This document shows positions 8,384 through 17,133 of a stretch of 38,662 nucleotides of DNA, piece by piece. The stretch covers positions 1 to 38,662 of the forward strand of contig DATMBG010000055.1 of the NCBI GenBank assembly GCA_035559535.1, in the 5' to 3' direction. Each line of letters begins with the position of its first letter. Position 1 is the stretch's first letter. The position numbers were made by a program, and so were the translations under genes. A model generated the notes under the pieces. That model saw nothing but the letters and a program-made list of their open reading frames with translations, made no database searches and was not told the origin of the DNA. Source of the stretch: Candidatus Limnocylindrales bacterium. GTDB taxonomy: Bacteria > Moduliflexota > Moduliflexia > Moduliflexales > JAUQPW01.

Positions 8384-8692
8384 TATCCATTCGAAAACAA
8401 CGGTCTCGGCTGGTCACCAGACCAGGCTGCTTATCACATCAGCCGGTTGTGTGAGCTTTTTCAACTTCATCCTGAGCATCCTGGACTTTTCGAACGGTGG
8501 CTGCGACTAGCAAAGCAAGCTGCCATCCACGGTAAGCGTGCTTATGACGCACGGATTGCAGCATTCATGGCTCTCTATGGGATTGAGTTTGTGCTTACCC
8601 TGAATCCAAATGATTTTCACGGCTTCGGAGTAAACGTAGTGGAACCGGACACGCTCGTCGACGGTCCCTTAGACCCCCCCTGGTTGAAATAG
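8384..8692 (+). pseudogene. N-terminally truncated PIN/VapC-type toxin remnant inside the dcw cluster
   Basis: The frame opens after TAG 8381-8383 and reads YPFENNGLGWSPDQAA...GKRAYDARIAAFMALYGIEFVLTLNPNDF, the C-terminal two-thirds of a PIN domain. The first acidic motif (LDTN-type) and a proper start are missing. It is antisense to dcw and more GC-rich. Confidence 0.75.
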
Positions 8693-8794
8693 GTGATCTC
8701 TCACCGCCGACTCTTGTCCCAACTGCCTCGCGCAATGGACCGGCAGGGAACAGATTTCGACCTTCGGTTTGCGCTTTCGCAATTCACAAAAAGA

Positions 8795-9988
8795 TTACTT
8801 ATTTTCTGCATTCCTGGTTACTTTTTTGGAACTATAGCGGGAAATACTCAATAGAATTCCCACGCTGGTGGAGCAGACTAACAGGGAAGAACCTCCGTAG
8901 CTGATGAAGGGAAGAGGAAGCCCTTTGGTGGGGAGCAGTCCGGTGACGACCCCCAGGTTGATGAGAAACTGGGTTCCGATGAGTAAGGTAAGTCCAATCG
9001 CCATCAACATCCCGAAAAGATCCGGTGCTTGTAAGGCAATCCGAATTCCACGCCAGATTAAGATACCAAAAAGCCCCAGGATCAAAAAACTTCCCAGTAA
9101 ACCTAATTCTTCACCGATGGTTGCAAAAATAAAATCGGCATAAGGCTCTGGTAGATAAAACAATTTTTGATGCCCCTGTCCCAAACCCACTCCGCTGATC
9201 CCTCCGTTCCCCAGGGCAATTAAAGACTGAATGAGCTGGTATCCCGAATCCATAGAGTCCTTCCAGGGGTTCAAAAAGGCCAAAAGACGTTCCCGCTGAT
9301 AGGGAACTCGCCAAATAAGAAAGCCGAGTCCCGGCCCGGCTATCAGAAAAAGACCCAGAATATATCGCAGGGGAATCCCGGCCACAAAAAAAAGTCCTAG
9401 AATGATGATAACCAAATTGATACTGGTTCCTAAATCCGGTTGTTTGAAAATAAGGCCGAAGAAAAGACCTAAAATAATTAGTCCTGGAAGAAAAGTTTTA
9501 GAAAAACTTTTAATCTTCTCCTGTTTTTTGCTCAAGACATGGGAAAAATAAAGAATCAAGGCCAGCTTTGCAAACTCGGAGGGTTGAAAGAGGACCGGTC
9601 CAATACTTAACCAACGTCGTGCATTGTTGAGGACTACCCCTAAACTTGAGAACAGGGTAAGTACCAGTAACGTGAAAGCCAGAGTCAGAAAAGGGTAGGT
9701 TAACCAGCGCAGGTAAGGGTAGGGAATATAGCTAAAAAGAATCAGACTAAACAGGCTGGGTATCAGTACGATCAGATGCTTTTCTAAAAAGAGAAAAGAG
9801 TTTTTCCCTCCGAATTTACTACTCACATAGATGGCACTGGTGCTGTAAACCATAACAAGGCCCACTCCCATGAGTAAAAGGACGGTAATAAGTAAGATAT
9901 TATCCTTCGTTTGGGGTTCGTTGCCTTGTTGTCCGTTCTGGCTTGTTCGTCGTCCCTTATTCAGGGACCTTTGTTTGTTATCCCTCAT
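8795..9988 (-). CDS. ftsW: SEDS family peptidoglycan polymerase FtsW
   Basis: GLVMVYSTS, ARRW, FQPSEFAK, QPDLGT, GYQLIQS, YLPEPYADFIF, GEELG and LPTKGLPLPFISYGGSS. Confidence 0.96.
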   Translation of the reverse strand: MRDNKQRSLNKGRRTSQNGQQGNEPQTKDNILLITVLLLMGVGLVMVYSTSAIYVSSKFGGKNSFLFLEKHLIVLIPSLFSLILFSYIPYPYLRWLTYPFLTLAFTLLVLTLFSSLGVVLNNARRWLSIGPVLFQPSEFAKLALILYFSHVLSKKQEKIKSFSKTFLPGLIILGLFFGLIFKQPDLGTSINLVIIILGLFFVAGIPLRYILGLFLIAGPGLGFLIWRVPYQRERLLAFLNPWKDSMDSGYQLIQSLIALGNGGISGVGLGQGHQKLFYLPEPYADFIFATIGEELGLLGSFLILGLFGILIWRGIRIALQAPDLFGMLMAIGLTLLIGTQFLINLGVVTGLLPTKGLPLPFISYGGSSLLVCSTSVGILLSISRYSSKKVTRNAENK

Positions 9989-10058
9989 CGGATGCTTTGT
10001 AGGGAGAGTTGAGATAATACCATCATAAATGGTGGAATAACAGACCCTTATCGATGGA

Positions 10059-11147
10059 TTAACGTAGTTTCAGGGTGGCTAAACTGATTAGAGCCAGGAT
10101 AATCGCGATAATCCAAAACCGAACGATAACTTTAGGTTCTGGCCAGCCTAGCAGCTCGAAATGATGGTGAAGGGGGGCCATACGAAAGACTCTTTTTTTG
10201 GTCAATTTAAACGAGGCTACCTGGATAATAACCGATAAAGCTTCTACGACGAATAAACCGCAGATGATAACCAACAGCAGCTCATGTTTGGTCAGAACCG
10301 CAACAGTTCCCAAAGCCCCTCCCAGACCTAAGGAGCCGACATCTCCCATGAAGATCTGGGCCGGGTAGGTATTAAACCATAGAAATCCTAATCCGGCCCC
10401 GAAGATAGCCCCACAAAAAACCGTAAGCTCACCGGCTCCCCGAACATGCCAGATATTTAGATATTCGGCGATGATGGCATTTCCTGAGAGATAGGACAAA
10501 GCGGCATAGGTCAAAACGGCGATAATGGTAGGCCCTATAGCCAGTCCGTCCAATCCATCGGTTAAATTAACTGCATTGGAAGTCCCCACGATTACCAGGA
10601 CGACCAAAGCGATATAGAAAATACCCAAATCGGGTTGAATTTCTTTAAAGAAAGGAATACTCAGTGTGGTAGAAAAAAAGCCATCGGCCTTAACATAGAG
10701 GTAGATCCCAATAGCCAGGGCTACTGTTACCTGAGCCCCCAATTTATATCTGGCCTTGAGACCCAAAGACCGTTTTTTGATGACCTTCAGGTAGTCATCT
10801 ACAAAACCGATAGCCCCATAGCTGAGGGTAGAAATTAAAGCGATCCAGATATGGGGATTAGTTAAATCCGCCCAGAGCAGGGTAGGTATGATAACAGCAA
10901 TAAGGATCAAAATTCCTCCCATAGTGGGAGTCCCTGCCTTTTTGTAGTGGGAAGTGGGTCCTTCCTCTCGAATATATTGGCCAATTTGATATTCCCTTAA
11001 TTTTTGGATAATCCAGGACCCCAAAGCTAAACTGATAATGAGGGCCGTCAGGGTCACACAAAAGGATCTAAAGGTGATATATCTAAAAATCCTTAGAAAG
11101 GAAAGAGGTTCATAGACATGAAGAGGGTAAAGGAGATGGTAAAGCAT
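10059..11147 (-). CDS. mraY: Phospho-N-acetylmuramoyl-pentapeptide transferase
   Basis: [37 protein letters not shown] and MAPLHHHFE. Confidence 0.98.
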   Translation of the reverse strand: MLYHLLYPLHVYEPLSFLRIFRYITFRSFCVTLTALIISLALGSWIIQKLREYQIGQYIREEGPTSHYKKAGTPTMGGILILIAVIIPTLLWADLTNPHIWIALISTLSYGAIGFVDDYLKVIKKRSLGLKARYKLGAQVTVALAIGIYLYVKADGFFSTTLSIPFFKEIQPDLGIFYIALVVLVIVGTSNAVNLTDGLDGLAIGPTIIAVLTYAALSYLSGNAIIAEYLNIWHVRGAGELTVFCGAIFGAGLGFLWFNTYPAQIFMGDVGSLGLGGALGTVAVLTKHELLLVIICGLFVVEALSVIIQVASFKLTKKRVFRMAPLHHHFELLGWPEPKVIVRFWIIAIILALISLATLKLR

Positions 11148-11172
11148 GTTACGTATTCGCCGAATTCCGGGT

Positions 11173-12741
11173 TCAGTGGGTCGTTATCAATCCTTTAACG
11201 ATCTTCTCCATTTTCATTCCCCGAGAACCTTTGATCAGTACGGTATCACCTTCCTTTAGTTCGTGCTGGAGTTTTTCTATAATTTGTTCGTGGGAGTCTG
11301 CCAGGAATATGCGGTTCGGCTCCATACCTTTTTCCCGGGCTCCCAAAGCAATAAACTGAGAATAGGGACCCAAAACCCAAAGCAGGTCGATCCCCAGGTC
11401 TGCAACGGCTTCTCCAACTCCCTTGTGGGCCATTTCACTCCACCTTCCCAATTCCAGCATATCTCCGAGGACCGCAATCTTTCGCCCGACCCCTGGGATC
11501 TCTTTTAAGGTTTTCAAGGCCATTTTCATAGAGCTGGGGTTGGCGTTATAGGCATCATTTAAAATGAGGATCCCTTTGTGAGAAATAGTTTCCATGCGCA
11601 TGGGAGCCGATTGAAAATTTTCTAACCCCCGCTGAATTTCCGACAGATTTAGCCCAAGGGCGTGGGTTGCTGCGGCTGCAGCCAGCGCATTGTAAATATT
11701 ATGATAGCCCATGACAGGAAGGGTGATGGAGCATTTTCCTCCATTAATCCGAAGGTTAAAGGTATAGGTTTTATTTTCGGAAAGAATTATGTCCGTGGCC
11801 GACACATTCGCTTCCCAATTAATTCCAAAGGTAATCAACTTACATCGGACTTCTTGAACCATAGAAGGGAAAAAAGTATCATCCGCATTAAGTACGGCTA
11901 CTCCATTCAGGGGTAAAGATTGAATGAGCTCCACCTTTGCTTTCATGATGGCTTCAATAGAATCAAAAAATTCTAAATGAGCTCCACTGATATTGGTAAT
12001 AATTCCTACATCGGGTTCTGCTATTTCGGCCAGGCGTTTAATCTCTCCGGCTTTACTCATTCCCATCTCGAGAACCCCTGCTCCATGGGCATCTGTCAGG
12101 GATAGGAGGGATAAAGGAAGCCCGATTAAGTTATTCCAATTTCCTTGAGATTTTAAAGTTATATAACGCTGACTCAGAATGGAGGCAATCATCTCTTTAA
12201 CCGTTGTTTTTCCATTACTACCGGTAACTCCGATGAGGGGTATGTGGCGGTATTGCATGCGATAAAAATGAGCCAGATTTTGAAGCGCTCGGAGGGTATC
12301 TTCAACTTGAATGACAAAGAAATCCGGGTTTAAAGCCTCCCTTTGCAAACGATGGAAAGAGGTTTCGTCGCTGAGAATAACTCCCTTTGCTCCTTTTTGA
12401 AGAGCTTCTAAAATAAAATCGTGGCCGTTGAATCGTTCTCCAATGAGGGCTATAAAGACTTGACCGGGTTTTAGAGTACGACTATCGATGGAAAAGCCAT
12501 CTGGTTCCCCGGTTTTTAACTCTTGAAGAAGTCTGCCCTGAGTAGCCGTTAAGATGTTGTCGATCAGCCTAGCCATACCTGTGGAGACACGGGGTTTTTG
12601 AGACACGGAGACGCGGGGACGCAGGGATACAGGGTCCATCTTTATATCCCCGTATTCTCGGGTCTCCGCATTTCTGTATCCTCGTGCTCTCGTATCTCTA
12701 TATCTCTGTAGTTCTTTATTCTGTCGTTTTTTTATTTTCAT
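11173..12741 (-). CDS. murF: UDP-MurNAc-tripeptide--D-Ala-D-Ala ligase (the conserved protein likely starts at ATG 12576)
   Basis: [55 protein letters not shown] and KGSRGM. The first 55 codons derive from 8-mer repeats. Confidence 0.95.
   Translation of the reverse strand: MKIKKRQNKELQRYRDTRARGYRNAETREYGDIKMDPVSLRPRVSVSQKPRVSTGMARLIDNILTATQGRLLQELKTGEPDGFSIDSRTLKPGQVFIALIGERFNGHDFILEALQKGAKGVILSDETSFHRLQREALNPDFFVIQVEDTLRALQNLAHFYRMQYRHIPLIGVTGSNGKTTVKEMIASILSQRYITLKSQGNWNNLIGLPLSLLSLTDAHGAGVLEMGMSKAGEIKRLAEIAEPDVGIITNISGAHLEFFDSIEAIMKAKVELIQSLPLNGVAVLNADDTFFPSMVQEVRCKLITFGINWEANVSATDIILSENKTYTFNLRINGGKCSITLPVMGYHNIYNALAAAAATHALGLNLSEIQRGLENFQSAPMRMETISHKGILILNDAYNANPSSMKMALKTLKEIPGVGRKIAVLGDMLELGRWSEMAHKGVGEAVADLGIDLLWVLGPYSQFIALGAREKGMEPNRIFLADSHEQIIEKLQHELKEGDTVLIKGSRGMKMEKIVKGLITTH
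12580..12712. repeat. 8-mer short tandem repeat arrays (GAGACACG/GGGACGCA-like) arranged as an inverted pair
   Basis: GGAGACACGGGG...GAGACACGGAGACGCGGGGACGCAGGGATACAGGG is followed by complementary degenerate units (CCCCGTAT TCTCGGGT CTCCGCAT TTCTGTAT CCTCGTGC TCTCGTAT). Related units occur at 12802-12863 and 18745-18810. Confidence 0.75.
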
Positions 12742-12761
12742 TTTCTTTATAATACCTTAAG

Positions 12762-14645
12762 TCATTGCGATGCAGCCATCTGACGCATGGGTAGTAGGAC
12801 AGCGGCCTCTGCATCCCCACGTCCCTGTGTTCCCGTGTCTCTATGCCCTCGCATCTCTGTGTCAGCACGTCCTAACATTTCTGTTGCTTCACGTTCCTCA
12901 CCCGGTGGAACCTCCAGATAAGGAAGGACCCGCTCTACGATTCTTCTAAAGACAGGGGCTGCAATGGTTCCGCCCCAAGGAGATTCTCCTTCCGGTTCAT
13001 CGATAATAACCGAGACTACAATCTTAGGATTTTCAGCCGGCGCAAAACCTATAAAAGAGGTTACTAGCCGGGTATTTGAATAATTAGAAGTCATAAAGTC
13101 AAACTTCTGAGCTGTTCCTGTTTTACCGGCTACCCGATAACCTGGAGTGGCTGCCCGCTTACCGGTTCCTTCTTCAACTACCTGGGTCAAGATTCTGGTC
13201 AGGATAGCACTCGTCTCCTTCGAGAGGACCCGACGAACCACCTGGGGTTGATTTTTAAAAACCAACTTCCCTTCCGCGTCTTCAATATGGTCTACGATAA
13301 ACGGTTTCATGAGGAGTCCACCATTAGCGAGGGTGGCAAACGCCAGAGTCATCTGAATAGGGGTTACCGAGACTTCTTGTCCTATGGAAATAGCCCCGAT
13401 GGATACCTCAGACCATTTGTCCAGCTCGTGGACAGTTCCGGTTACTTCCCCGGGTAAATCGATTCCGGTCTTCTCACCAAACCCAAAGGCCTTGATATAC
13501 CGGTAAAAGCGCTCTTCTCCCAGCAATCGACCCAATTTGATGGCTCCGATGTTGCTGGAATGGATCAGAATATCTTCCAACGTCAGGTAGCCGAATGCCC
13601 GCCAATCTCTAAAAATACGTCCACCTAAACCCATGGCCCCTCTTTGTCCATCAAAAATATCCTCGGGTCGGGCCAGCTTCTCCTCCAAAACCCCGGCAGT
13701 CTGGACAATTTTAAAGGTGGATCCGGGTTCATAATCCCAGGTAACGGCCCGGTTTCGATACCGGTCCTGTCCATAATTCTGAAAACTATTAGGATTAAAG
13801 TCCGGCCTATTTACCATAGCCAGGATTTCCCCGGTGTGGGGATTCATGACAATAATCGATCCTCCCCTGGCATGGGTTTCGACAAAAACCTTCTCTAACT
13901 CGCTTTCAACCACATGCTGGATGTTTTTATCCAGGGTCAGAATTACATGATTACCTGAATTGGAGGCGGTGAGTTCCCAACTCCGTAGTGAATTTCTCCT
14001 GGCATCTGTTTGAATGGAACGCCATTTAGCTTTTCCCCTTAAGTAAGAATCGTAAAAAAACTCGATTCCTTCCAATCCTTTATTATCATAGCCGTTTACA
14101 TCCCATCCCACAAATCCTAAGACATGAGACGCTAAATTTTTCTGGGAATAAAATCGCTTTGTATCCGGAACCAGAACGATATTTTCTCCCGAAGGTTTTC
14201 TTCTATCTCCAGGACCTGCTTTTTCTTCACAACAGGCTTCAAATTCCTCCGGTGACAACTTGCGCTTAATGTACTGGATCGATTCCCCTTCTGAAGAACC
14301 TGTAGAAGTTGGCACCGAATTGCCGGTAGGGCTCGATGGTTTCAGGATAACCGAGGTCGTATTTAAACTTACTGCAAGAATATTTCCCTTTCGATCCAGT
14401 ATCTTACCTCTTACCGGTAATAACCGGATTCGGCCTTCGGACTGTTTGGCCCCTCGCTGTTGATACCACTCTCGATCTATAACCTGCACCTGAATCAACC
14501 TGTAAGCAATAGCTCCCAGACAGAGAAAGGTAATGCCCATGAGCAATAAAATACGTTTTCGGGCCTCTGCAAACTCAGCCCCCGTTCGGGCGTTACCCAT
14601 TTTATTTTCTGTTTCCCGCTTATTCTCCATTTTCTGATGATTCAT
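12762..14645 (-). CDS. ftsI: Class B penicillin-binding protein (FtsI/PBP3)
   Basis: N-terminal TM, RGKILDR, GLEGIE, LTLD, GEILAM, EPGSTFK (SxxK), SSN (SxN) and GKTGTAQK; canonical position after ftsL. Confidence 0.95.
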   Translation of the reverse strand: MNHQKMENKRETENKMGNARTGAEFAEARKRILLLMGITFLCLGAIAYRLIQVQVIDREWYQQRGAKQSEGRIRLLPVRGKILDRKGNILAVSLNTTSVILKPSSPTGNSVPTSTGSSEGESIQYIKRKLSPEEFEACCEEKAGPGDRRKPSGENIVLVPDTKRFYSQKNLASHVLGFVGWDVNGYDNKGLEGIEFFYDSYLRGKAKWRSIQTDARRNSLRSWELTASNSGNHVILTLDKNIQHVVESELEKVFVETHARGGSIIVMNPHTGEILAMVNRPDFNPNSFQNYGQDRYRNRAVTWDYEPGSTFKIVQTAGVLEEKLARPEDIFDGQRGAMGLGGRIFRDWRAFGYLTLEDILIHSSNIGAIKLGRLLGEERFYRYIKAFGFGEKTGIDLPGEVTGTVHELDKWSEVSIGAISIGQEVSVTPIQMTLAFATLANGGLLMKPFIVDHIEDAEGKLVFKNQPQVVRRVLSKETSAILTRILTQVVEEGTGKRAATPGYRVAGKTGTAQKFDFMTSNYSNTRLVTSFIGFAPAENPKIVVSVIIDEPEGESPWGGTIAAPVFRRIVERVLPYLEVPPGEEREATEMLGRADTEMRGHRDTGTQGRGDAEAAVLLPMRQMAASQ

Positions 14646-14997
14646 GGTTGACCATCTTTTTGATATCTACAAATTGAATCTGTCCTTTTTTGGGAAGGAC
14701 CAAACCTTGCTGCCTGGCTTTAGATTCGATTGAGGTGAGTATTTTTAAACTGTTCAATTCAAGCTCATAAGCCTTTTTTTCCTCTTCGAGCTTTCGTTTT
14801 TTTTCTTTTAAGGCAATAATCTCATAATTTAAGGTATTTAAACGAATCTGCTGTTCCACATATAATAGCAGAACCCCTAACAACAACAGACCCCAAATAC
14901 TGTAAGGGAGAAATTGCCGAAAGCTATAAGCTCCTTTTTTCTTGTCCATTTTAGCCTGGAGGATGGATCGTTTTATCCACCGGGACGGTTTAACCAT
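14620..14997 (-). CDS. ftsL: Cell division protein FtsL
   Basis: Basic N-terminus, a single TM, then a coiled coil ending IESKARQQGLVLP; lies between rsmH and ftsI. Confidence 0.8.
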   Translation of the reverse strand: MVKPSRWIKRSILQAKMDKKKGAYSFRQFLPYSIWGLLLLGVLLLYVEQQIRLNTLNYEIIALKEKKRKLEEEKKAYELELNSLKILTSIESKARQQGLVLPKKGQIQFVDIKKMVNHESSENGE

Positions 14998-15071
14998 CCA
15001 TTTACCATTTTATCTCATCCTTTCCGGTTGTTTTATAAGGAGAACTCCCAGAGAAGGACCTTTTTATGGAC

Positions 15072-15284
15072 TAAGCCGGTCTAAAGATGACACTGATCTT
15101 GCATGGGAGAAGCTCCAGGATCATTTAGCAGCACAGGTAAAAAGCAAGAGTTCAAAGCCTTACTTGTGATTTGTTCGCAACCAAAAATCATGAACCACCA
15201 AGGAGGAGTAGGACAGTGGCCCTTGATTTTGGATCTTTATAAGCAACTCCATGCAAAAACCAGTGTCATCTCCAGACCGGCTTA
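15072..15284. mobile_element. MITE-like element with ~35 bp imperfect terminal inverted repeats flanked by TA
   Basis: Left end TA-AGCCGGTCTAAAGATGACACTGATCTTGCATGG; right end CCATGCAAAAACCAGTGTCATCTCCAGACCGGCT-TA. It lies between rsmH and ftsL, which are normally adjacent. Confidence 0.65.
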
Positions 15285-15347
15285 ATCTAGCAGGTAACAG
15301 GTTGTAGGAGAAAAACAGTTACTTCCAACCCCCTGCCTGCTATATAC

Positions 15348-16316
15348 TTATATCTTCTCCGCTACCCTTAATTTAGCACTTCTGGAACGAGGATTCTCTT
15401 TCTGCTCCTCTTCCGAAGGTGTTATAGGACGTTTATGGACAATACGTATGACGGGTTTTCGTCCACACACACAGGTTGGAAACCAGGGCGGACACTGGCA
15501 CCCCTTGGCCAGATTCAAAAAAGTCTCTTTAACTATTCGATCCTCCAGGGAGTGAAACGATATGACACAAAGTCTTCCTCCTGTTTTCAGAAATGAAACA
15601 ACTCGTTCTAAGGATTCTTTTAAAAAATCTAGTTCCTGATTAACCTTAATTCTCAAGGCTTGAAAGACTTTTGTGGCCGGGTGAATTCCTTTGGATTGAA
15701 ACCGTTTAGGTATTGCAGCTTGCACGATTTGTGCAAGTTGACCCGTCGTTCGAATCTCTCCGGCTTTTCGTTCTTCAACAATTTTTCGACTGATGGATCG
15801 GGCCCAGCGCTCCTCTCCCCATTTAGAAAAAATCTCCTGAAGCTCCTCTTGAGATGCTTTGTTGACCACATCGAAAGCGGTAAGTTTTTGGGTTTGATCC
15901 ATCCGCATATCTAAAAAAGCATCTTTTTGGAAGCTAAAACCACGCTCAGCACGATCTAGCTGAAGAGAGGAAACCCCTAAATCGAACAGGGCCCCTTTCA
16001 AATAAGCCCGATTTGCCTTTATCTCTTCTTCTCCAGAGCGAAGAAATACCACCCTTGCCAACTCTAAAATTTCCTCGACGTCTTTATAATTTCCATGATA
16101 AAGTTGAACCCGTTCTCCAAAGGGTGCTAACCTCTCTTTAGCCAGTCGTAAAGCTTCTGCATCCCGATCAATTCCTATAACCCGATTACCGGGGTTCTGT
16201 TTAAGGATTGCTTCTGCATGCCCTCCCACTCCCACCGTACAGTCCAAATAAAAACCCGGCTCCTCAACCTTCAGCTCCCTGAGGACCTCTTTGAGAAGCA
16301 CGGGAACATGGATCAT
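15348..16316 (-). CDS. rsmH: 16S rRNA m4C1402 methyltransferase
   Basis: HVPVLL, DCTVGVGGH, DLGVSSLQLD, RGFSF, LDMRMD, HPATKVFQALRI, ISFHSLEDRIVK and NPRSRSAKLR. Confidence 0.98.
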   Translation of the reverse strand: MIHVPVLLKEVLRELKVEEPGFYLDCTVGVGGHAEAILKQNPGNRVIGIDRDAEALRLAKERLAPFGERVQLYHGNYKDVEEILELARVVFLRSGEEEIKANRAYLKGALFDLGVSSLQLDRAERGFSFQKDAFLDMRMDQTQKLTAFDVVNKASQEELQEIFSKWGEERWARSISRKIVEERKAGEIRTTGQLAQIVQAAIPKRFQSKGIHPATKVFQALRIKVNQELDFLKESLERVVSFLKTGGRLCVISFHSLEDRIVKETFLNLAKGCQCPPWFPTCVCGRKPVIRIVHKRPITPSEEEQKENPRSRSAKLRVAEKI

Positions 16317-16374
16317 TTTTCAGAAGTCAGGAGTCCAAAGTCAGCCTGTTCTGACCTCTAACTCCCGGGTTCTA

Positions 16375-16821
16375 TCATATCCCGATTCCGGCTAAATAAG
16401 ATCTAAATTCTTCTGTATGATGTTTCGTCTCTTCTAATTTACTTATAAGTTTATTTTTATCCCAGACCTCAATAAATTTCAACTTTCCAATCAAGGTTAT
16501 ATCCCGGGTCAAACCCACATGATCCCTTAAGGTTTGGGGAATCAGAACACGGCCTGCTTTATCCAGGGTACATTCACAACTGTAATAGGAAACCTGGAGC
16601 ATAAAACTATCGATATGTTGATCCATGGAGGGAAGCTGTGCGATCTTAGCTTCCACTTCTTCCCACTCTTTGAGGGGATAGATTCGAAGATTTTGTCCGT
16701 CGGCCAGGCTCACCAGGTAAAGTTGGTCGTTGTACTTTTCAGCCAGTATCTCGCGGTATTTGGCAGGAAGGTTGAACCGCCCTTTTGGATCTAGTGTGTG
16801 ATCGTATCGACCTCGGAACAT
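16375..16821 (-). CDS. mraZ: Transcriptional regulator MraZ
   Basis: MFRGRYDHTLDPKGR and LDKAGRVLIP (two DxxGR motifs); first gene of dcw. Confidence 0.97.
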   Translation of the reverse strand: MFRGRYDHTLDPKGRFNLPAKYREILAEKYNDQLYLVSLADGQNLRIYPLKEWEEVEAKIAQLPSMDQHIDSFMLQVSYYSCECTLDKAGRVLIPQTLRDHVGLTRDITLIGKLKFIEVWDKNKLISKLEETKHHTEEFRSYLAGIGI

Positions 16822-16850
16822 ACATCACCCTTCCCTATCTTCCTTTCCAC

Positions 16851-16926
16851 GACACTTTGCTACACTTTACTTCACTTTACCCCACCGACGATAACGTAGG
16901 TTACGTAATAGTTGTAGACGTGTCAA
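16851..16926 (-). promoter_or_regulatory. dcw promoter with four tandem MraZ-binding (GTG-core) repeats
   Basis: Minus-strand TTGACA (16926-16921), 17 nt, TAACCT (16903-16898). Then GTGGGGTAAA GTGAAGTAAA GTGTAGCAAA GTGTC with a 10-nt period (16885-16851). Confidence 0.85.
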
Positions 16927-17133
16927 GAAAAATGTTTAAAATAAAAACAAAAGCCATCAGGAATTTAATCCGATGGCTTAAGGATCTTACTTCCAACTTC
17001 TTTTTATAAGCCTATTTAGAACCCCTGGGAAGGGAGGGTGGGAAAAGTAAAAATGTTCTCTGGGACCTCCTTCTTTCTCTGTTTTTTTAGATAAAAGAAT
17101 TAAAAAAAGCTATTTTTAATTCTTAATCAACTT

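Noticed and set aside
12580-12870. CRISPR array
   Set aside because: The repeats are degenerate 8-mers with no unique spacers; no cas genes are in the window.
14942-15285. ORFs 14942-15169 and 15103-15285 as transposase fragments
   Set aside because: No DDE or HTH motif is recognisable; the region is better explained as a non-coding inverted-repeat element.
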